Positions 13,455 to 25,167 are shown, counted from the first letter of the whole stretch. The stretch is DNA of 63,484 bases, filler included, from Octopus bimaculoides (GCF_001194135.2; 5 parts of 5 records of this genome joined end to end with filler, not necessarily neighbours in it); one strand, 5' to 3'. Numbers and translations: made by a program. Notes: generated from the letters alone by a model not told the origin.

Positions 13455-13640
13455 CCAGTGGCATGAAAAAGAAAGCATCCAGTCCACACTGTGAAGTGGT
13501 TAGCATGAGGAAGGGCATCCACCTGTTAAAACCATACCAGAGCAGACACTGGAGCATGATGCAGTCCTTGGACCCAGAGGATCCTGTCAAACTGTCCAAC
13601 CCATACCTGTACGGGAAAAGGATGAAGACACCTGATTGTT
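13455..13640 (+). mobile_element. Retroposon family H fragment
   Basis: GAGGAAGGGCATCCACCTG ... CTGTCCAACCCAT motifs. Confidence 0.6.
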
Positions 13641-15099
13641 GCAACTCAGTTTGAAGCAATGGCATCACTTGATTGTTCTAACAAAGCCACATGGATGTGG
13701 CATTTCAGTCCTGCTAGGGACCTACACTCTCTTGCCCAGATGTGACAACGATGATGGGTAACTCTTGCAGGATGTGTTCAGTGAGCTAGCACCCATGTTG
13801 ATGCATGTCTTCATTTCATCATGGAAGTTTTCATTGGCTATCTTGTCCTTTTTGGTTAAGCCTACCTATAGTATGCAATGCTTAACAGAGATATTTAAAA
13901 TCACTCTACATACATACACTTCAATACATACATGCATACATACATACATACATACATACATACATACATTCATGAATACATACATACATGCATACATACA
14001 TAAATGCATACATACATAAATGCATGCATACACATATGCACACACATACATGCATACACATATGCACACACATACATGCATACCCTTCAATAGATACATA
14101 CATGCATACATACAAGCATCTATACATACATGCATACATACATATATGCATACATACATACATACATACATTCATGCATACATACATGCATACATACACA
14201 TATGCGCACACAAACATGCATACACGCGTACATACATGCGTACATACATGCATACATCTCAATACATAAATACATAGATATATATATATATATTATTTTG
14301 CTTCGACATTGTGATACTAATAAACTGGTATTAGAACTCCTTATATCCGTATGCTTCAGGACAAAGCATCAATCAAGTAGAGAGCAGTAATAAGAAATTA
14401 ATTAAATGAGAAACAGAATAAAATATTGTCATGAACTGCATTAGCTTACAGCTGTTTCTGCTGTAACATGCAATGCACTCATAGCTGAGTGCCTGAATAG
14501 CATCATATAACTCCACTGGAGCTTCAAAAATGATGTATATATATGTATGGATCAGGCATGTGCCATCAGTAATTACTCAGGGCAGGCAGTTGGTGGTTAT
14601 GTAGTAAAATACACCAAAAAGATAAGGGAAACACAAGTGTACGACTGAGTTGAAGGCAGATTTACTTCTGCTTTTATAGTACTTAAAGAAAACGTTGTTG
14701 TAGGAATGTACGCAGCATGTGTACTACAGCAGTACTATGTGTAGCTTAAATACTGAGATTGAAAAGTAGGGGCGAATTATGCCTACCTAATCTACAAAAA
14801 AAAAAAAAAGATATTTTGCATTTTATGCAGAGTAATCAGAGTAACCTTCATAATTTTATTGAATTAGCTGCATATTTTGCAATAAAAGGAAAATGTTGAT
14901 ATTGATCTATCTTATTCAAGGTAGGCACTGCCTACCTTGCCTACCCAGGCGGCATGTTCCTGGTATGGATGTGTGTGTACAAATATAATATACATTTTCA
15001 AATACATATTTGCATATCTTTAACTTGCACGCATGCACACACACACACACACACATGCACATACACACACATTCCTTATTTCTATTTTATACACGCACA

Positions 15100-15285
15100 T
15101 GCTGGTGGCATGTAAAAAGCATCTGCTACACTCTCAGAGTGGTTGGCATTAGGAAGGGCATCTAGTTGTAGAAACCTTGCCAAATCAGATTGGAGCCTGG
15201 TGCTGCTTTCCGGCTGTCCAACCCATGCCAACATGGCAAGCAGATGTTAAATGATGATGACGATGATGATGATGATGATGATGAC
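15100..15285 (+). mobile_element. Retroposon family H with (GAT)n tail
   Basis: TAGGAAGGGCATCTAGTTGTAGAAAC ... GTCCAACCCATGCCAACATGG ... (GAT)n. Confidence 0.72.
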
Positions 15286-15324
15286 ATATAAATATAGTTC
15301 TCAGACAATTTGCTCAATAAATAA

Positions 15325-15649
15325 CTGGCGCTTTGTCGGTTACGACAATGAGAGTTCCAGTTGACCTGATCAATGGAACAGCCTGCTCCTTAAAGTAGCA
15401 TGTTAATGGCTGAGTACTCCACAGACACGTGCACCCTTAACGTAGTCCTCAGGGAGATCCAGCATGTCACAGAGTGTGACCAGGCTGGCCCCTTTGAAAT
15501 ACAGGTACAACTCACTTTCGCCAGTTGAGTGAACTGGAGCAATGGGAAATAAAGTGTCTTGCTCAAGGACACACCACACCAGTGGGAATCGAACTCATGA
15601 CCTTGGAATTGCAAGCCAAATACGTTCACCATTAAGCCACATGCCTTCA
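15325..15649 (-). mobile_element. tRNA-derived CORE-like SINE family C
   Basis: Minus: GGCATGTGGCTTAATGG (A box) ... GAGTTCGATTCCC (B box), GTGTCCTTGAGCAAGACACTT (CORE-like), then a 3' region shared with family B. Confidence 0.8.
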
Positions 15650-16168
15650 TTAGATCAATCACTAGAGTTAAAGTGACATGCAATATTCCAATATTTAACA
15701 CCCCATCTCACCCCACAGCCTTCTTTCACTCAATAATGGCACTGAACATAATCAGCTCTCATTTTGTTTCGATTAACTCAACATTTTATGTAGTTATATG
15801 GAGTATTACATATTTGTAGAACGTTTTATGTATTACACTCTCAATAAACAGCGAACTTGAAAGACATCACAGACTTTGACAAACGTCAGAACTGTCGTCA
15901 TTTTTACCGAATTATACATGGATCTTCATGCATTTAATTAACATTTTTATAATAAATTGGGAATTGCTTGCTGTAAATTTTTAATCAATAATTAATATTT
16001 ATAGTCTCTTTTACTTTCAGCTGGCTCTGCATATTTTGCCTGCACAGACTGCACATCCCTGGGGTATATATGTCTGATTGTCTGTCTGTCTGACTGTCTC
16101 TCTGTCTGTCTGACTGTCTCTCTGTCTGTCTGTCTGTCTATCTCACAATCTCTCTCTTTCTCTGCGTG

Positions 16169-16242
<74 letters not shown>

Positions 16243-16626
16243 NNNNNNNNNNNNNNNNNNNNNNNNNNNNNNNNNNNNNNNNNNNNNNNNNNNNNNNNNN
16301 NNNNNNNNNNNNNNNNNNNNNNNNNNNNNNNNNNNNNNNNNNNNNNNNNNNNNNNNNNNNNNNNNNNNNNNNNNNNNNNNNNNNNNNNNNNNNNNNNNNN
16401 NNNNNNNNNNNNNNNNNNNNNNNNNNNNNNNNNNNNNNNNNNNNNNNNNNNNNNNNNNNNNNNNNNNNNNNNNNNNNNNNNNNNNNNNNNNNNNNNNNNN
16501 NNNNNNNNNNNNNNNNNNNNNNNNNNNNNNNNNNNNNNNGACAGTTTTGTTTAGAAGGGAAAAAAAATTCTTTTAATAAAGCATATTACTCTACTTCTGG
16601 TATTCAAGTACTATTTTTCCCCACCT

Positions 16627-16921
16627 TCATCATCATCATCATCATCATCGTTTTATGTCTGCTTTCCATGCTGGCATGGGTTGGACGATTTGACTGAGGA
16701 CTAGTGAGCCAGGCGGCTGCACCAGGCTCCAATCTGATCTGGCAAAGTTTCTACAGCTGGATGCCCTTCCTAACGGCAACCACTCTGAGAGTGTAGTGGG
16801 TGCTTTTACGTGCCACCGGCACGAGGGTCAGTCAGGCGGGTACTGGCAATGGCCACACTCAAAAGGTGTTTTTTACGTGTCATGCACAGGAGCCAGTCCA
16901 GCGGCACTGGCAACGGCCTTG
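16627..16921 (-). mobile_element. Retroposon family H (longer copy)
   Basis: (CAT)n at the left end, reverse-complement family H body. Confidence 0.75.
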
Positions 16922-17629
16922 TGCATTTATTTGCTTACTTTGATATATGTATATATATATAGATATGTGTGTGTGTGTGTGCGTGCGTGTAATCCAGTGG
17001 CGACTCTGGCACTTGAGTTATTCGGGCTTAGTCCGAATATAAATTTAGTAAAGTCAATGTGTATTTGCAAGCTGATTTAATTTCTGCCAACACTGACTTT
17101 AACTATGCAATCACAGCCAATAACTCGGTCTCCTTTTATTAAACCTGGTCACAGTTCATTTATTTTCATTCAGCGTCTGGCAGTCATCTTAGAGGTGCCC
17201 TGTGTCAAAAAATATCCTTCGTAGCAGATGTCCTCTTGGCATCGTTCACACGTGCCTGACTCAAGCTCCGAAGTTACAGCCCGAGTTGTTATCTATAATC
17301 GTAAAAATTAAAAGTAATTCAAATTCAATGTTTTCTTGAAACAATAAATTTCTATAGAGATTAGGATTTAAATTGCAATCTATGACAAGTTTCCATTTTA
17401 CAATATTCTTAAAGAATCAAAGAATTATCCAGCAAATCAGGCTAATATGAATGAGCCTGGTATAGGTGTAAAAGTCTAACTGGGATCTCTTTTGAAGAGT
17501 ACAGGTGACAGTCTGATTGCTGATGTTTGGGTCTGTTTTGGCTACTCACAGCTGGTGAGGCTTTTATAAGAACAGAGTGCAAATCCTACTTCAACCTCAT
17601 TTCATTGCCTTTTGCATGGTTTTTGGTCT

Positions 17630-17915
17630 TGGTGACCCTGTGAGTGCAGGTGCCACTTAAAAGCACCCAGTCCACACTGTAAAGTGGTTGGTATTTGGAA
17701 GGGCATCCAGCTGTAAAAACCTTGTCAAAACTGACCTCGCCTGTTCTTGTGCCACGTAAAAACCACTAAGTTCACTCAGCTGGACAGTTGGTGTTAGGAA
17801 GGGCATCCGGCTGTAAAACTCCTGCCAAAACAGTCACAGAAGTCTGGTGCAGGCTTCTGCCTGGCTGGCTCCTACCAAACCGTTCCACCCATGCCAACAT
17901 AGAAGGCAGACAATA
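17630..17915 (+). mobile_element. Retroposon family H with internal tandem duplication
   Basis: GAAGGGCATCC(A/G)GCTGTAAAA occurs twice (~17700 and ~17800). Confidence 0.6.
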
Positions 17916-18034
17916 TGCACACATAGATATGCACACATGTTCAATTATGTGCATGTTGCATATAATAATTAAACAATTTCACACATTCACACACACCAAT
18001 ATACACTGAGACAACTAACCACATAGATATACAA

Positions 18035-18079
<45 letters not shown>

Positions 18080-18080
18080 A

Positions 18081-18420
18081 ATCATCATCATCATTTAGCA
18101 TCTGCTTTTCATGCAGGCATGGGTTGGACGATTCAACTGAAACTGGTAAACTGGGGAGCTGTACCAGGTTCCAGTCTGATTTGGTTTCTACTGCTGGATG
18201 CCCTTGCTAATGCCAACCATTCCAAAAGTATAATGAGTGGTCTTCTTTACATGCCACTGGCACAGGTGCCAGTTACATGCCACTGGAATTGGTCATGTCT
18301 ACAGTTTCACTTGGCTTGAATGGTCTTCTAAAGCACAGCATATTGCCAAAGGTCTCAGTCACTAGTCATTGCCTCCATGAGGCGTGACATTTGAAGACCA
18401 TGCTTCACCACTTTGACCCA
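18081..18420 (-). mobile_element. Retroposon family H, diverged
   Basis: (TCA)n tail then CATGGGTTGGACGA ... CTGGATGCCCTT. Confidence 0.65.
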
Positions 18421-18550
18421 TTTTCCCCAGATCTGTCTGTCTGTGAGTCTGTGTGTGTGTCTGTCTGTCTGTCTGCCTGTCTGCCTGCCTGTCTGTCTGT
18501 CTATCTATATACATACATATACATATAGACATATATATACTTCATATTCA

Positions 18551-18655
18551 TATCATCATCATCATCATCATCATCATCGTTTAACGTCCGCTTTCCATGC
18601 TAGCATGGGTTGGACGATTTGACTGAGGACTGGTGAAACCGGATGGCAACACCAG
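18551..18655 (-). mobile_element. Retroposon family H, short 3' fragment
   Basis: (CAT)n CGTTTAACGTCCGCTTTCCATGCTAGCATGGGTTGGACGATTTGACTGAGGAC. Confidence 0.75.
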
Positions 18656-19366
18656 ATACATAAATATACATATATACATATATGTATATTTATGCACACA
18701 TATACATAAATGTATATACACAAGCATACAAATATGCATACTTATACATCAACAAGTATATATATCCTTGCCTGTTTGTATGTGTATATTTCTGTGTATT
18801 AGTGTGTGTGTGATTATATGTAAATACACATATATAAATACACACACACTCTCACACACACATACACTTATATATGTATGTATGTTTATATTCGTGTGAC
18901 GTGTGAGTGCTGTGTTCGTGTGAATGGTAATTGAAGTCAATCTGTTAAAGACTGGGTTTTTTTTCTTGTTTTTCTGTTTATTATCCTTTTTTTTTTTTTA
19001 AATATATTCTTTTTTATATCATTGTCGAAAAGCTATTTCAATTATGCAAATACTAAACAACAACATTGATAATAACAACCACCACGACCACCACCACCAC
19101 CACAACAACAACAACAACAAAAGCAATGACAAGCTATTGCCATTCTGATTGGTCGATAAAATTACCCAACGTTCGTTCACTTTTACATATACACGGACAT
19201 GTGAAAATGTAATTATCTTCTGTGTAGAGATAAATACATATGTATTTTATGATGCATATTATCTATGTCTATGTATATGCGTGTGTGTGTGTGCATGCAT
19301 GCGTGCATGTGTATGTATTTGTACATATGTATATATGTATGTGCATGTGTATATATGTATCTATCT

Positions 19367-19440
<74 letters not shown>

Positions 19441-19638
19441 GCACATATGTATGTATATGTATAAATATGTGCATGCAATACATTTAAATTGACGTGTATA
19501 TGTATTTGTGCGAGTGTGTATGTATATGTATATCTATATATATTTTAAATGCATATAAATATGTAAATATATGTAAATATATTCATGTGCAGATATATAT
19601 ATATATATATACATATAAACACATGCAAAAACATTGTG

Positions 19639-19682
<44 letters not shown>

Positions 19683-19768
19683 TATACACATATACATAAA
19701 AATGTATGCTCTCTCTCTCTATATATATATATACATTATTTATACACATATACATAGAAAATGTATGG

Positions 19769-19807
<39 letters not shown>

Positions 19808-20462
19808 CTACATATGTATGTATGCATATATGTATATATGATTATATACATATAGATCCATGTGTATATACATATATGTGTGAAAGTGTGCATATATATA
19901 NNNNNNNNNNNNNNNNNNNNNNNNNNNNNNNNNNNNNNTATATATATATATATATATATATTGAGAGAGATAAAGGGAAGAGAACGACAGACAAGGAAGG
20001 AGAGGTTGGAAAGAGAGAGACTGAGGTGTGCATGTGATAAAAACGATATCTTAACGGGCCACAAGCACTTATAAAACTGTCCACTTTGAATAGATCCGGA
20101 TTTAGTCGCGTTAAACGGTTGAATGTGGAACCTCCTACCTGTCTCCCCGCGGACGTTGACAGTCTATTGCCGGTAACATTCCCGGAAGATTCTTCTACAT
20201 ATTTCCGACAGCTATGTGAACTTCAAAATTATTGAGGTTTCGGATGTTGCTGACATTGTTGTTGTTGTTGTTCCTGTTGTTGCTGATGATGACGATGATG
20301 ATGATGATGCTGGTAATATTGTGGCTGTTTATGTTTGTGCTGTTGCTTTTACTACTGCTATTTAAGTTGACATAATTGTGTATGTATGTGTGTGTGTGTG
20401 CGTGTGTGTGGATGGGTGGGTGTGTATGTATATTAATATACATATATTCGTATATATATATA

Positions 20463-20508
<46 letters not shown>

Positions 20509-20608
20509 NNNNNNNNNNNNNNNNNNNNNNNNNNNNNNNNNNNNNNNNNNNNTTAATTAATTAANNNNNNNNNNNNNNNNNNNNNNNNNNNNNNNNNNNN
20601 NNNNNNNN
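20509..20608. other. Synthetic scaffold linker (44N-TTAATTAATTAA-44N)
   Basis: Exactly 100 bp; identical at four places; stop codons in all six frames. Confidence 0.92.
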
Positions 20609-20681
20609 AGATGAGCTGTCGAAATATCGTTCAAACAAATAAACAATTTATTACAGTTGCATCACACTCTTCTTCTTCTTC

Positions 20682-20770
<89 letters not shown>

Positions 20771-20771
<1 letters not shown>

Positions 20772-22215
20772 GAGTTTGGACTCTCAAAATGTGCTATGAT
20801 GGTGATGAGATAAGGAAAGCTTGCCAGGACAGAAGGCATATGGCTGCCAAGTGGTGAAATGATGAAGGCAATTCAATCCCAATCCAGTTATAAATACCTG
20901 GAAATACTTGAGGCAGATGGATTCAAATATCGCAACATGAAGGAAAAGATGAAAAGGGAGTATGTGCAGCAAGTAAGAAAAATATTGGCTTCTAAGCCGA
21001 ATGCAAGAAATATAATTTCATCAATAAATTCGTGCACAGTCACAGTAGTTCAGTATGGCGCTGGAATCCTGAAGTGGACAGAGGAGGAGCTAAAGGAGGT
21101 GGACAGAAAGTCAAGAAAGCTCCTAATGATGCTCCTAATGAAGCCCATCATCCACATGCAGACATTGATTGCGTATACATGAAGAGAGCAAATGGCGGAA
21201 GGGGACTGATAAGTGTAGACGACTACATGTATATCAAACTCAAGAGCTTAATGAGATTCCTAGGCTAAAGTAAGGAAACCTTGCTAGTGACAGTTAAGAA
21301 CAAAGGAGTATTGAGAGCAGAAAAAAAGGGAAGAAGTACAAACAGGACATGAAGAAGAATTGCACAACAAGGGTCTACACATTCAATTCCATGGAGCCAC
21401 AACAGAAGTTGCTGGAGAAAATAGGTGGGATTGGCTGATGAAAGGAACCCTAAAAAAAGAGACAGAGAGCACTAATACTGGCAGCACATGACCAAGCTTT
21501 GGCCACAAACTGGAGGGTCAACCTTAGGAATGAGCAAGTGTCCCCACTGTGCTGCATCTGCAATAGAGTGGATGAAATCATTGCCCATATCAGGAATGAA
21601 TGCCCTAGACTTGCCTAAAACCAATACAAGTTGTGGTGACACAACCAGGTAGTGTAAGTGCTACATTGGAAACTGTGTGAAAAGTGGGGGATAGAGAGAG
21701 GCAAGATGTGGTATGAGCACAAACCACTGTGAGCAGTGGAGTTGAAGACTAGCAAAATCCTCTGAGATTTCCCACTCAAAACAGATTGGGTGCTAAAGCA
21801 TAATGGATCAGTCCTAGTGGTGGTGGACAAGGAGCACCACATAACTATATAGTTGATGTTTCAAGCCCCTTTGACCCATGTGTAGTCAAGAAGGAAAAGG
21901 AAATTATAGATAGATACAACCCTCTTAAGTACAAAATACCCCAGCTATGGTAAATGAAGAAGGTGAAGACAGGGCCAATTATTGTTTGGTCCTTGGGAAC
22001 AATATCAGAAGGCATCAAGAGGAATATAAAGGAAATTGGAATAGAGTGCCCAGTAGTACTACACAAAAGGTTTGCCTCCTTGGCATGGCCAAAATAATCA
22101 GGAAAGTATTAGATAGCTGAAAAGAACGAATAGTATGGTACCATAGGCTGCAGGTAGTAAGCCCGCTATGCATGCAAGACTCCAGGAGCTACAACAAAAC
22201 CTGTGGTAAAGAGAA
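20771..22215 (+). mobile_element. 5'-truncated R4/Dong-like non-LTR retrotransposon (RT C-terminus, CCHC, restriction-like endonuclease), decayed, within a (TAA)n array
   Basis: EFGLSKCA...SYKYLEILEAD...WTEEELKEVDRKSRKL, GGRGLISVDD, CCICNRVDEIIAHIRNEC (~21550-21603), degenerate RLE motif, ending IIRKVLDS* at 22120; (AAT)n on both sides (20683-20770 and ~22215-22241). Confidence 0.88.
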
Positions 22216-22242
22216 AATAATAATAATAATAATAATAATAAT

Positions 22243-22436
22243 GGTTTCAAATTTTGGCATAGAGCCAGCAGTTTTTGAGTGGAGGAGTAAGTTGATTGCA
22301 TCAATGTCTGGACTTGATTTTAATGACCCTAAAAGGGTAACGGGCAAAGCCAGCCTTGGAAGGATTTGAGTTCAGAACATAGAAGCAAAATGTCGTTATG
22401 CATTTTGTCTGGTCTGCTAATGATTCTGCCAGGACA
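22243..22436 (-). mobile_element. tRNA-derived SINE family D
   Basis: Reverse complement of CTGGCAGAATCGTTAGC...GAGTTCAAATTCC...GACTTTGCCTTTCATCCTTTCGGGGTCGATAAA...; (ATT)n tail. Confidence 0.7.
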
Positions 22437-22618
22437 CAACCCTAATAATAATAATAATAATAGTTTCAAATTTTGGCACAAGGCCAGTAATTTCAATTAA
22501 ATTGACTTTGGTGCTCAACTAGTACTTATTTTATTGCTCTTGAAAGGATGAAAGGCAAACTCAACTCCAGCAACATTTGGACCCAGAATATAAAGATGTC
22601 GGACAAAATACTTAGGTA

Positions 22619-22791
22619 ATACAGTTCTATATTTAAGAGATGAGGAATTATGTACATTATTTACATTCGATGGATATTTGTCCTCATCTTGTTTGTTGTT
22701 AACACAATGTTTCAGCTGATATACACTCCAGCCTTCTTCAGGTGTCTTGGGGAAATTTCGGACCAGGGTTCTAAATACTAAGGTATTTTTC

Positions 22792-22829
<38 letters not shown>

Positions 22830-22932
22830 CATTGTTGTTGTTGTTATTGTTATTGTTCAGGTCATTGCTTGGAATCAAACTCAGAATCTTGGGGTTAGTA
22901 GCCCGCGCTCTTAACCACTACGCTATATGCCC
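22619..22932 (-). mobile_element. SINE-like family E: tRNA-like head + (AAT)n + minimal hammerhead module
   Basis: Minus: GGGCATATAGCGTAGTGGTTAAG (A box) ... GAGTTTGATTCC (B box), (AAT)n, then GACAC-CTGAAGA-A-GGCTG-loop-CAGCT-GAAA-C-ATT-GTGTT. Confidence 0.8.
22701..22746 (-). ncRNA. Minimal Type I hammerhead ribozyme (Penelope-type)
   Basis: Stem I GACAC/GUGUU, core CUGAAGA, stem II GGCUG/CAGCU, GAAA intact; helix III ACAU instead of the palindromic ACGU, consistent with CpG decay. Confidence 0.7.
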
Positions 22933-22936
22933 AATC

Positions 22937-22982
22937 GATTCTGAGTTCGATTCCAAGCAGTGACCTGAACAATAACAATAAC

Positions 22983-23016
<34 letters not shown>

Positions 23017-23156
23017 TCGAAAAATACCTTAGGAATGAGAACCCAGGTTCAAAATTTCCCCAAGATACCTGATGAAAGCTGGAAGGTATATCAGCCAAAA
23101 CATTGTGTTAACAACAAACAAGATGAGGACAAATATCTATCGAATGTAAATAATGT
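22937..23156 (+). mobile_element. Second, inverted and truncated copy of family E
   Basis: Starts inside the tRNA head (GATTCTGAGTTCGATTCC) and mirrors 22653-22888. Confidence 0.85.
23064..23109 (+). ncRNA. Minimal hammerhead ribozyme, degenerate
   Basis: GATAC-CTGATGA-A-AGCTG-loop-CAGCC-AAAA-C-ATT-GTGTT; G12 mutated to A. Confidence 0.6.
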
Positions 23157-23235
23157 AAAATACTTAGGTATTTTGTCCAGCATGTTAAAGATTCTACCAG
23201 CTTGCTACCCTCATCCTAATAGTGATAATAATAAT

Positions 23236-23421
23236 GATTTCAAATTTTGGTACAATGCCTGCAATTTTGGGGGAGGAGGATAAGTGCTTGACTGGTATTT
23301 ACTTTATCAACCCCGAAAGGATGAAAGGCAAAGTCAGTTTTGAACTCAGAATGCAAAGACAGATGAATTGCCACGAAGCATTTTGCCCTGCATGCTAATG
23401 GTTCTGCCAGCCTGCCACCCT
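23236..23421 (-). mobile_element. SINE family D
   Basis: Third tandem D copy with CCCCGAAAGGATGAAAGGCAAAGTC. Confidence 0.72.
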
Positions 23422-23924
23422 CACCCACATAATAATTAAAGAACAATAATAACATCTGTCTTGACTTACTTTCAATAGGAGGCGGGGCGCACTTCTCTGA
23501 ATCTTCATTATCAGCTATTTCCTGAAAATTGATTAAAGCAAAATGTTAAGGGTTTCTGTGGTGGCATCATTTTCTCTACACTACTTGAAACACACACACA
23601 CACACACACACGCACACATGCACACACACACACACATACATACATACACAATGAAAACCAGTACAAAATAAAGCTCATGATTTCTGGCCTATTGAAATGA
23701 CTATATTTATGTTACGTAGATGCCTTTCTATTAGTACCTTTGAGAGACTGAGACTGATAAGGCAAAAGAAAGAAGGTTATTATGATGTATGTATGTATGT
23801 ATGTACGTATGTATGTACACATATATTTACATTTACAGACAAATAGATAGATACTTAGAGTGAAAGAGAGAGAGGAGAGAGATAAATGGTACGTAGGTAC
23901 ATAAATATGTACATAGACAGATAT

Positions 23925-24126
23925 TACTCTTTTACTTGTTTCATTCATTTGACTGCTGCCATACTGGAGCACTACCTTTAGTCAAGCAAACCGACCCCGG
24001 GACTTATACTTTGTAAGCCTAGTACTTATTCTATCGGTCTCTTTTGCCGAACCGCTAAGTGACGGGGACATAAACACACCTGCATCAGTTGTTAAGCAAT
24101 GCTAGGGGACAAACACAGACACACAA

Positions 24127-24165
<39 letters not shown>

Positions 24166-24340
24166 CATATATACGACGGGCTTCTTTCAGTTTCTGTCTA
24201 TCAAATCTACTCACAAGGCTTTGGTTGGCCCGAGGCTATAGTAGAAGACACTTGCCCAAGGTGCCACACAGTGGGACTGAACCCAGAACCATGTGGTTGG
24301 TAAGCAAGAAGCTACTTACCACACAGCCACTCCTGCACCT
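23925..24340 (-). mobile_element. SINE family A, full length
   Basis: A/B-box head at the right, ACTCTTT tail at the left. Confidence 0.88.
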
Positions 24341-24805
24341 ATATATAAGAATGTAGATAGATAGACAAATGAATGGATAAAATGATAAATAAGTGGATAG
24401 ACAGATATATAAGCAGACAGACAGACTTATCTATAATAATAAATGCCAAAAGGAATTTCTGTGTGTCAGTTTGTCACACTTTGACCCCCCCCCCTCTCAC
24501 TATTCAATGACACATTAAAATCAATGACCCATTAAAATCAATGACACTTCTACTCACTCTTCTTGTTGGGGTGAGAGTAATAGTAGGCATAGAGACGGTG
24601 AAGGCAGTAGTAGATTGACAATTGAGATGGTAATAGGGTGATAATAATAGTATGAGCTGGTGGTGGTGGTGGTGGTGGTGGTGGTGGTAGCTGAGGTGGT
24701 CAAGCATGATGGTGATAATAAGGAATATGAAAGTCAAAGGTGTTGATGGTGGGCATCAGTAGTCTGAATGGTGTGTGTATGGTAGTTGTGGTAGCGATGG
24801 TGGTA

Positions 24806-24896
24806 GCACTGGGGATGGTGATGGTTGAAAACAAACAACAGAAAGGGGATTTATTTCCCTGCTATTGATATAAACTAGTGCATTTTGCACCAAAAG
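24806..24896 (+). repeat. Orphan fragment of the ~350-bp HHR repeat
   Basis: GGGGATTTATTTCCCTGCTATTGATATAAACTAGTGCATTTTGCACCAAAAG matches the monomers at 26.5-27.3 kb. Confidence 0.65.
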
Positions 24897-25028
24897 AGGT
24901 TAGACAGAAAAAAAAAAAAATTGTGCTGACCTCCCGAATGGGAAAACAAAAAAATGTCACTTGTCATGAAGCTTTGCAATATATCCTTATTTTGACGAAA
25001 ATTGCTCATTGCTTGAAAAATATTGGTC

Positions 25029-25167
25029 AGCTTGCTTACCAACCACATAGTTCTGGGTTCAGTCCCATTGCATGGCACCTTGGGCAAGTGTCTTTTACTA
25101 TAGCCTCGGGCCGATCAAAGCCTTGTGAGTGGATTTGGTAGACGGAAACTGAAAGAAGCCCATCGTA

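Larger units (their letters stand above)
22463..23210 (-). mobile_element. SINE family D split by a 14-bp-TSD insertion
   Basis: Body 22463-22604 and head 23171-23210 rejoin seamlessly once 22619-23156 and one copy of AAAATACTTAGGTA are removed. Confidence 0.8.

Noticed and set aside
14550-14965. hAT-like MITE with CAGG...GGCAG ends
   Set aside because: Terminal similarity is weak and no 8-bp TSD is visible.
22860-22932. True tRNA gene (also the heads at 45380-45452 and 54630-54702)
   Set aside because: Acceptor and T stems pair poorly and the heads are fused to repeat bodies, so they are SINE heads.
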